From the NCBI RefSeq assembly GCF_000143415.4, contig NW_003314525.1, forward strand, positions 1-15,550: a DNA stretch of 15,550 bases, in the 5' to 3' direction. Positions within the stretch are counted from its first letter, which is position 1. The number at the start of each line of letters is the position of its first letter. Source of the stretch: Selaginella moellendorffii (lineage: Eukaryota > Plantae > Lycopodiophyta). Positions 8,542 through 15,550 of this stretch are shown here, in pieces. The notes beneath the pieces were generated by a model. It did not search any database, was not told the origin of the DNA, and saw nothing but the letters and a program-made list of their open reading frames with translations. The position numbers and the translations under genes are program-made.

Positions 8542-9045
8542 AGGTCTGTTAAAGGCAGGGTTACTCTCGAATAGTGTTTGATAAACTTTCGGTAGTAGTT
8601 GCATAGCCCCAAGAATGCCCTTAACTCGTGTACATTCGATGGTCGTTCCCATTCCTGAATCACTTGGACCTTTTCAGGGTTCACCTTGAGCCCGTCTTTG
8701 CCCACCACATGCCCGAGAAACTTTACCTCTTGTTGAGCAAAGTCACATTTGCTCTCTTTAGCATACAGCTGGTGTTCCCTTAATTTCTCAAACACTTTTG
8801 TCAAGTGTTTGGCATATTCCTCTAGCATCTCTCTATAAATCAGGATGTCATCAATATAAACAACCATGAAGTAATCCAAATAGGGTACAAAGATGTGGTT
8901 CATCAATGCTGAAAATGTTGCTGGCGCATTGCATAGCCCGAAGGGCATCACCAGAAACTTGAAGCTCCCATATCTTATTTGACAAGTTGTCTTCTTAACA
9001 TTTTCCTCTACTACCCTGATCTGGTAGTATCTTGACCTTCGATCT
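8541..9045 (-). pseudogene. Reverse transcriptase fragment (palm/thumb), N-terminus and RNase H deleted
   Basis: ORF 8526..9065: YYQIRV..RYGSFKFLVMPFGLCNAPATF..VVYIDDILIY..KCDF..VKFLGHVV..LRAFLGLCNYYRKFI..PLTDL, typical Ty3/gypsy RT with a YIDD motif. Confidence 0.95.
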
Positions 9046-10045
9046 CCCAGTGGAACTAGAGCCAACTCTTGAACGCTTCACCAAGCTACCCTGTTTGTTG
9101 GTCCGTATTCACTCTAGTCTTGGACTTCCTAGTGGTCAACTCATCACCCAACATTGCGTATGGCTTTCCTGGGCCAAACTGGCTCTATTGGGCTCCAACC
9201 CCCACACTCTCCCTACTATACTTTTGGAACCCCCTACAGCCACCCCCCCGGGGGACAATTGCTTTGGGCTTTCACCCAAATACCTATATTAGTATTCGGA
9301 CTCAGACTCGGACTTGGACTCGGACTCGGTCTTGGTCTCAGTCCCGGTCTCAGTCCCAGTCTCGGACTCGGACTCGGTCTCGGTCTTGATTTTGGTCCCG
9401 GTTCCATCTCGGACTCCATCTCGGACTCCATCTCTGGTCCATCTTGGGTCCAACTCGGGTCCATCTCGGACTCCGTCTCGGACTCCATCTCGGACTCCAT
9501 CTTGAGTCCATCTCGAACTCCATCTTGGGTCCATCTCGGACTCCATCTCGGGTCCATCTCGGGTCCATCTCGGACTCCATCTCGGGTCCATCTCGGGTCC
9601 ATCTCGGGTCCATCTTGGGTCCATCTCGGACTCCATCTCAGATCCATCTCGGACTCCATCTCAGATCCATCTTGGACTCCATCTCGGACTTCATCTCAAG
9701 TCCATCTCGGACTCCATCTTGGGTCCATCTTGGACTCCATCTCGAGTCCATCTTGGATCCATCTCGGATCCATCTCAGACTCCATCTTGGGTTCATCTCA
9801 GACTCCACCTCAGGTCCATCTTGGGTCCGTTTTGGTCCTCTTGTGTTCCTTTTCTAGAGACTCACTCATTGCTCGCTTTGTGCTTGTTCATCGAGCACTT
9901 CATTAGGAGTTCCACTCCCACTCTTGACCTTTCAAGTTAGAGCTTTCGGTCCAAACGTGTTACGCTTGTTTGGCTTTTGCTTCGACCACTACCACGTGGC
10001 ACCCTTTCAGCTCCACGTTGGGGTCTAGGGATTTTATGTCTCACA
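9040..10045 (-). mobile_element. Nested, 3'-truncated family-B LTR inserted in pol between PR and RT
   Basis: Starts TGTGAGACAT at 10045 (minus), exactly where the pol frame breaks. Colinear with 1616-2265 (TGTAAGACAC...GGAGATCGAA). Similarity stops at about 9040, where RT resumes. Confidence 0.85.
9295..9828. repeat. Compound tandem array: 6-bp units (9295-9390), then an 11/12-bp minisatellite TCCATCTCGGAC/TCCATCTCGGG (9403-9828, roughly 35 units)
   Basis: Directly visible periodicity; explains the cluster of overlapping low-complexity ORFs in all frames. Confidence 0.95.
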
Positions 10046-11780
10046 GTAAGCACAAAAATGCTACCTTGGTTCCTTTAGTGAGTTATCCTTTAGTGGACAC
10101 CATGTTTAGGCAAGAATCTTTGGCCTTGCATTGCCCTACCTTTAGATCTTGGGCTTCCACCCTAGATCTTTCTCCTTGGGCGTTCACTAGTACTACAAGG
10201 TTTCTACTTTGTCCATGCAGGGCTATTACGAACCGATTGAATCAAACCATCCCAAAGATTACATCAAATCTCACTATATCCAACACAATGAAATCCATGT
10301 TTACTTTCCATGTCCCCACTTCGAATCTTGCTTGTCGAAATACCTCATCGGTGCTTTGGCTACCTTGAACAAACTCTATAGTCCTTGGTTCACCTAGCTG
10401 TTACACCGTTAGTCTGGCTTGCTGGACTATGTTTGCAGCCACAAAATTATCCAAAGCATCCATGTCAATAAGGATCTTAACAAAGCTACCTCCGAGCTTC
10501 CCTTGGAGGGCTAGTAGATGTCGCGAATGACTCTCTACCAAAGTTGTTTGTGTAATAAGTAACTTTAAGTTAGGGACTGGATCACGTACCTCAATTTGGA
10601 TTTCACCCGACTTAATAGCTATATTGGCTCTAGCCTTTTTCGGATAGGGACATTCCCTTGAGAAGTGTCCCACTTCACCATAGTTGTAACATACATTGTT
10701 TCCCACACTACTAGTCGACTTGCCCTTTTTATCTATGGGTTTGTCTCTTTTTGCTTGACTCCCCCACGTACTCGCTTGCTAACCACCGGATTTGCCTTTC
10801 CGGAACCCCGAGGACTCATTCTTAAAGAAACTTTTCTTGAATTTCCCTTTGTTATATGTTCCCCTTGGTTTGGCCCCTTTGCTAAACGTGGACCCCGACC
10901 CCATCATGTTCCCCTTTTGCAGGTTATCATTGAAATACACCTTAATAGCCGCATCCAACGCTTCCTTGTACTTAGTTGGGTTCCAATGCATCACTTCACT
11001 ACGAGCCCAGGTTTGCAAGCTTGATATGAAGGCATGGAACGCATCCATATCACCCATATCCGTGACTAGTATCCTCTTTGCCATAAATGCATTCACATAC
11101 TCTTGAATGGTTCTAGTCTGCTTCAGCCTACTCAGCTCATCCCTTAGGTGCAGAGTAGCATTGGGGGGAATGTAAGTCACGCAGATCCTCACCTTCATCA
11201 TTTCCCAAGTGGCCACTGGTCCTTCGTTAGCCTCTGTCGTTCTCCACCAAGATTTGGCATTATCTCCCAAGTATGGTTTTGCACACGGGACCTTCTCTGA
11301 GCTCAGTAACTGCAATGCTTAGAAGTAGTCCTTCATATCATAAAACCAATCCTAAACCACCTTATAGTCATTCACTCCCTTGAAGACCGATGGGGGCTTT
11401 GGTTTGAACTTGGGAACTGCTTGAGGGAACTTTGGTTTGTTCGACCTTATTTGGTTTTGCCTCAGTCTCTGCTGAAAGGTCTGCACCTTCTATGCTACCA
11501 GCATCCGCAGTCTTTCACTTTTTCTTCCGCTTTTCGTCACACTTTAACTTGCGTACAAGAGTCTCTAGCATGGCATTGGTTTGTGCCAATTGTCCTTCTA
11601 GAACGTCCAATCAAACCTTGGACGACCGAATCTCGCCACCGGACTCCTATTTAAAAGTTTCCTCACTGGAGTCCTCCTCATGTAAGGATTCCTTGTCCAT
11701 AGCCTTTTGTTCAACCGGAGGTTCCAGCTCTGGCGGAGGTTCTGTCTCCGCCTTGGTTCGTTTACACCCTACCTTTGCCC
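10046..11780 (-). pseudogene. gag (capsid plus zinc knuckle) and aspartic protease, degraded
   Basis: KPKPPSVFKG..DWFYDM..YLGDNAKSWW..LRDELSRLKQTRTIQEYVNAF (retrotransposon gag); CYNYGEVGHFSREC (CCHC knuckle with C>Y); ILIDMDALDNFV (decayed D-T/S-G-A motif) and FIVLDIVRFDVIFGM. gag core and PR are in the same frame with premature stops. The start codon is uncertain. Confidence 0.9.
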
Positions 11781-11825
11781 ATCTCCTAGCAATCCGCCTC
11801 TATCCTTCGCTAGAACTGAGGAAAA

Positions 11826-11838
11826 GGCTTCGATACCA
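11826..11838 (-). promoter_or_regulatory. Primer-binding site, tRNA-iMet-like
   Basis: Minus strand TGGTATCGAAGCC, 3 nt after the LTR end ...CTTACA; resembles the canonical TGGTATCAGAGC. Confidence 0.8.
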
Positions 11839-11841
11839 AAT

Positions 11842-12967
11842 TGTAAGCCACAAATTTTTCCTTTCCAATTTGCCAACTTACCTCGTTTGTTCGACCAACA
11901 CTACCTTGGTTTTTGCTAAGTTCCCTTGCCAAGGTTCCCGCATATTGTACCAGCTCCTACCTGGTTCTACTTGGTTTCAACTACTCACTACATGAGCAAC
12001 GGAGCATTAGCCATCCATCCACGGATTCCCAAAACTCTCCCAATCCCCCTTCCTAGGTTAAACTGGACTTAAAGTTCATGTACACTCCCCGCAGGCACAA
12101 GTAGTTAATCACACCAAGCCTCTAGGTTTTTAACATCCCTTGGTACAACAAGACTTGATCATGGGACCCTTTAAATCCCAAGCCTTGGGTGCAACATTTG
12201 CTTCGGGACACCGGGGCGAAACACCGTGGCCTAACGCTCGGTATGGGTAACTCTACCCCCCACTTCCATCCCGAAGGGAAGGCCCAAGCCCCTAGGAAGG
12301 GTGAGGACCAATGAGCCGCAAGGTACTCAAGTGGGGCACCACTCCACATGAGCCGGGAGCACCGTAGTCGGTTTCCCTTTCGGGAGTGGGAATTACTTTT
12401 GAGCACTTCCTTGGGTGGCCCCTCCAGCACCACCTGAGTCCATGCTCACTCTCACCCAATGCCCTTTGGTCCCAGTCTCAACCTCAAGTCAGTTTGGAAG
12501 CACTACTAAAGAGTTCCTTCAAAATTAGTTCCTAGACCTCACTATCCCTACTATACTTTTGGAACCCCCTGCAGCGCCCCCCCCCCAGGAGACACACACT
12601 TTGGGCTTTCACCCCTCGACCTGTATTAGTACTCGAACTCGGTCTCGGACTCAACTTTAGACTCGGTCTTGGACTCGATCTCAGACCCGACTTTAGACTC
12701 GGTCTCGGACTTGATTTCAGACCCGATCTCGGACTCGACTTCAGACTCGACCTCAGACTCGGTCTTAGACTCAGTCTCGAACTCAGTCTCAAACTCGGTC
12801 TTGGAGTCACCTTTTGACTCGATCCCGGACTCTATCTCGAACTCGGTCTCAGAGTCGGGCTTGGACTCGATCGCGGACACGGTCCCATCCAATGAACTCT
12901 TTATTATTTCGATTGTGCTTTTGGGGATCCTTTAGCCTACGACACTTCGAGGAGTTGATTCCTTACA
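11842..12967 (-). repeat. Family-A 5' LTR (1126 bp)
   Basis: TGTAAG...CTTACA termini, adjacent PBS, colinear with 5391-6511. Confidence 0.93.
12631..12879. repeat. 6-bp periodic tandem array in the 5' family-A LTR
   Basis: ctcgaa ctcggt ctcgga ... same unit as 6170-6427. Confidence 0.9.
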
Positions 12968-13886
12968 CTAGTATGCTGAAATTGCATTAGACTCCATTTA
13001 GCTCCATGTTGAATGCTTTAGGATTGTTCTAATATCATTTTGTGCTCCTATCCTTTTGTTCCTTGGGCTATTCATATAAGAGTTGCTCCATGCTCTAATT
13101 CATTCACTATTCAGCTACATGCTTGAGAATTTGGCTTTGTCTCTTTGTTTAATGGCTTAAGGCTTTAAAACTTGGGTTTTGCTTCACTACCCTTGGCTCA
13201 TGTGTTCAAGGGTTATGGTTTCGCTTTGTGGTTACCCTATGATAAATCACTATAAGGTAAAGGGTGAAAAACAAATTTGCTATTAGAGGATATGTCTCAG
13301 TAAGTACTATCCAATAAGATTGGGAATCTAATTTTTTCATTGTATATGTAGAGATAAAAACAATAATTTGAGTGGGTACATATTTGGCTTTGCATACATC
13401 TCTTGGGTATAGATTTTGGTTACTATTTTTTACTATATTGTATGAGCTTGCACTTGGGCTCATAGGATAGATTGAGATGTACTATTTATACAATTTTACG
13501 CTTGGGCTCATGAGTGAGGCATATTAGCAACTTAAAGTTACGCTTTGAGTTTGCAAGATTAATACTAACCTATCATTAGTTCTATGAGTTATTCTATATA
13601 CTCTAGGTAAATGTAAATCTTCCCTAGGTTTGCTAAGAATGGCAAATAGGTTGATCCATAGTTGTTTAGTATAGCACTAATGGATCCTTCCTAGGCATGA
13701 TTACAAATGGATCAATTAAAACTGGATTAACCTTACTATTACCTTTTAAATAGCTTGGTATTGAATTAGTTTTGAGTTTGGTCGGAAAGAAAGTGATATG
13801 AGTTTGTATATATTGTGAATGAAGTTGGTGGTATTAAATGTTCTAAATCTCCATCGGTAGAATGTAGCATTATATTATATTTTGTC
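12968..13886 (+). repeat. Direct duplication of outer flank, copy 2 (919 bp; probably the native position)
   Basis: Matches 6512-7400; carries about 30 extra bp around 13195-13224. Confidence 0.95.
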
Positions 13887-15054
13887 GAATTAAGTTAGCA
13901 CTTGATACTCATGTAAACCTTTGACGTAATAAGGTGGCCTTGCTTATGGTGTTTCTCGATTGATGGCTAAGTTATTGTGATTTCCATATCATATCTATAT
14001 AATTATGAATAATGTGTTTATGAAGTTGTTTAGACAAACAATGATAGAAAAGTTAGTTTACTTACAAATAGTAGTATTATACTAGTTTTGACTTGGTTCT
14101 CAAAGGTGATCTATTATGCTAAGATGATTGTTGTATCTTGGTTTTTAAAAGTTTACTCATTGAAGTTTTAGAAAAGTTATAGCATTCATTTTTATAGCTT
14201 ATTGATTTATTTGTTAACACTTGGAGTAAATTGTTAGATAATTTGAAAATGTGTAATTAAAATATTGACATTGCTAACACTTATGTTAATGGAAGTGGCT
14301 TATTATGTCAAGTGATGAGTAGTTTTCCTTATAACTTAACTTTCATGTTATTTTTCTTGTTAGTATTTTGGCTTTGCATTTGATTTTGAAGGTGATTAAT
14401 GAAGAGTGTAAGTGCAGTGTGGATATAAAAAATATGGTCTTTATAATCAAATTTTGGGTATTTATTAGCACTTGTAGATGTCATTGTTAGATGTCAAATA
14501 GTTGGGCATGATGTTCAATAATTAAGCATATTGTTGGGTTATGAAAATTTATGATGAAGTGAACTTATGTGAAGTCATTTCTAGACTGAGAATCATTCTT
14601 TATCTAAGATGGAAGCTTTTTTACAAATTTTCTTAAACTTCTCTAATAGCTAATTTATTAATTATTTTGCCTAAAAACTATATCATTGGCTTGCTAATTA
14701 GCAACTATATTAGCTTTTAAAAGAGTTGGTGGGCATGGTCAGGTAGGATGCCAGCCCCCACCTAGTTCTCTACCCCCGACCCACTTCTTGAGACGAGTGA
14801 CAAGTTTAGTTAGCTATATTGTAGATGAAATTATTTAGTAGGGGTTAAAATTTGATTCTTTCTTGAAAAGTGACTATACTAACTTTGCAAAAGAAAGAAT
14901 TGATGATTGATTATAGTTGTTGAATCCTTGGTTGAGTTGATTATGTCAAATGATTCTTATTGCTCTTAATATCAAGTGAGTTACCTCTTGCTTTAAACAA
15001 TGGATTCTTAGAGGATAAGTTTGGTGATTATTTATTGAGCATAAATTCATTATA

Positions 15055-15550
15055 TTTGTCCATGAGTAGTCATCTTATGACCACACCTTAACATCTTTCG
15101 GATGCCCAAAGACATAGAGAACACCCTTCCCTAATGTCCCTTCTTTAATCCCCACTAAATCCCTCTCCATCTATAGTCGTGCTCGCTAACACTACCATTA
15201 AGACCCAAAATCTCAACCATTGAGTCCTATTAACCTTTGAGGCTTTCTCACCATATGACCATGCTTTTATCACTATATAAGAGGATTGCTTTTTTTCTTT
15301 TTCATAGTCTAAGACTTTGGAACAACCTTTCAAAATATCATGGCCCTACACGAGCTTTGTGGATACTCTCCCTACCTTCCTCCCTTATGTGCTTTACAAT
15401 GAGGTTTAATAAGTTATGCCAAGTATCCAAGTAGGTAGTGCCATGTGGCCACACTTGAATTAAGAGCATCAGCCATTCAATTTCCTAAGAAAGCTAGAGT
15501 TGGCTCTTGAACACTTCACTAAACTACCTCGTATTGTTTGTTCGTATTCA
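15055..15550 (-). mobile_element. Third family-B LTR fragment, running off the window
   Basis: Its reverse complement aligns with about 2185-2890 lacking the Cassandra insert (e.g. AAAAGCATGGTCATATGGTGAG vs AAAAGCATAGTCATATGGTAAG; TTAGTGGGGA..AAAGAA.GGA.ATT.GGGAAGGGTGTT). 15478-15550 also matches 9040-9111 on the same strand. Confidence 0.82.

Larger units (their letters stand above)
5391..12967 (-). mobile_element. Decayed, rearranged Ty3/gypsy chromovirus LTR retrotransposon ('family A'; RT looks Galadriel/Tcn1-like)
   Basis: Two LTRs of about 1.12 kb with TGTAAG...CTTACA termini. PBS next to the right LTR. Domain order gag-PR-RT-IN-chromodomain on the minus strand. Outer flanks CTAAT (5386-5390) / CTAGT (12968-12972) are a 4/5 TSD match. 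The lineage call is from recalled RT motifs and a chromodomain with aromatic residues, so it is an inference. Confidence 0.9.

Noticed and set aside
9403-9828. CRISPR-like or telomere-like array
   Set aside because: Units are contiguous with no unique spacers, there are no cas genes, the context is eukaryotic, and the unit is not TTTAGGG-like.
9069-9940. Many overlapping ORFs (up to 250 aa) with SDSIS/LGLGL/ESEMD/PRWT repeats
   Set aside because: Products of the 6- and 11/12-bp tandem arrays, which lack stops in several frames; they lie inside a nested LTR.
9970-11995. Plus-strand ORFs (e.g. 11432-11995, 9970-10368, 10665-11024) as antisense genes
   Set aside because: They are shadows of the minus-strand gag/pol frames with no independent motifs.
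12200-12330. Hammerhead ribozyme (retrozyme) in the LTR, suggested by ATGAG..CCGCAAGG and GCGAAAC
   Set aside because: No CTGANGA core correctly ordered with GAAA on either strand.
12532-12935. ORFs in LTR hexamer arrays (also 6188-6439 and 1844-2062)
   Set aside because: Low-complexity translations of the tandem repeat.
14727-14766. Helitron 3' end (GC-rich hairpin followed by CTAG-T)
   Set aside because: The hairpin is imperfect and wrongly spaced; no 5' end or second copy supports it.

Overview
Repeat-dense eukaryotic DNA, most likely from a seedless vascular plant such as a fern. That host call is an inference from the co-occurrence of a secreted CVNH lectin gene, a Cassandra-type TRIM and a tRNA-iMet-primed chromovirus. 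The only host gene I can support is a two-exon, minus-strand cyanovirin-N homolog (CVNH) lectin with a signal peptide (161-779). The rest is layered retroelements. (1) A solo LTR ('family B', 1616-3201) containing a solo LTR of a 5S-rRNA-bearing Cassandra-like TRIM. (2) A complete, decayed Cassandra-like TRIM (3772-4362). (3) A decayed Ty3/gypsy chromovirus on the minus strand ('family A', LTRs 5391-6511 and 11842-12967) with gag, protease, partial RT, partial integrase and a chromodomain, two internal deletions and a nested family-B LTR fragment carrying an expanded minisatellite. (4) A third family-B LTR fragment at the right edge. The most unusual observations are a 52-nt GT..AG intron-like insert splitting the integrase GPY/F motif (unspliced it gives an immediate stop and no chromodomain), and a near-identical duplication of about 0.9 kb of outer flank sitting inside the element where the PPT should be. 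Most short ORFs in the ORF track are artefacts of tandem repeats or antisense TE frames. All alignments and identities were done by eye and are approximate.
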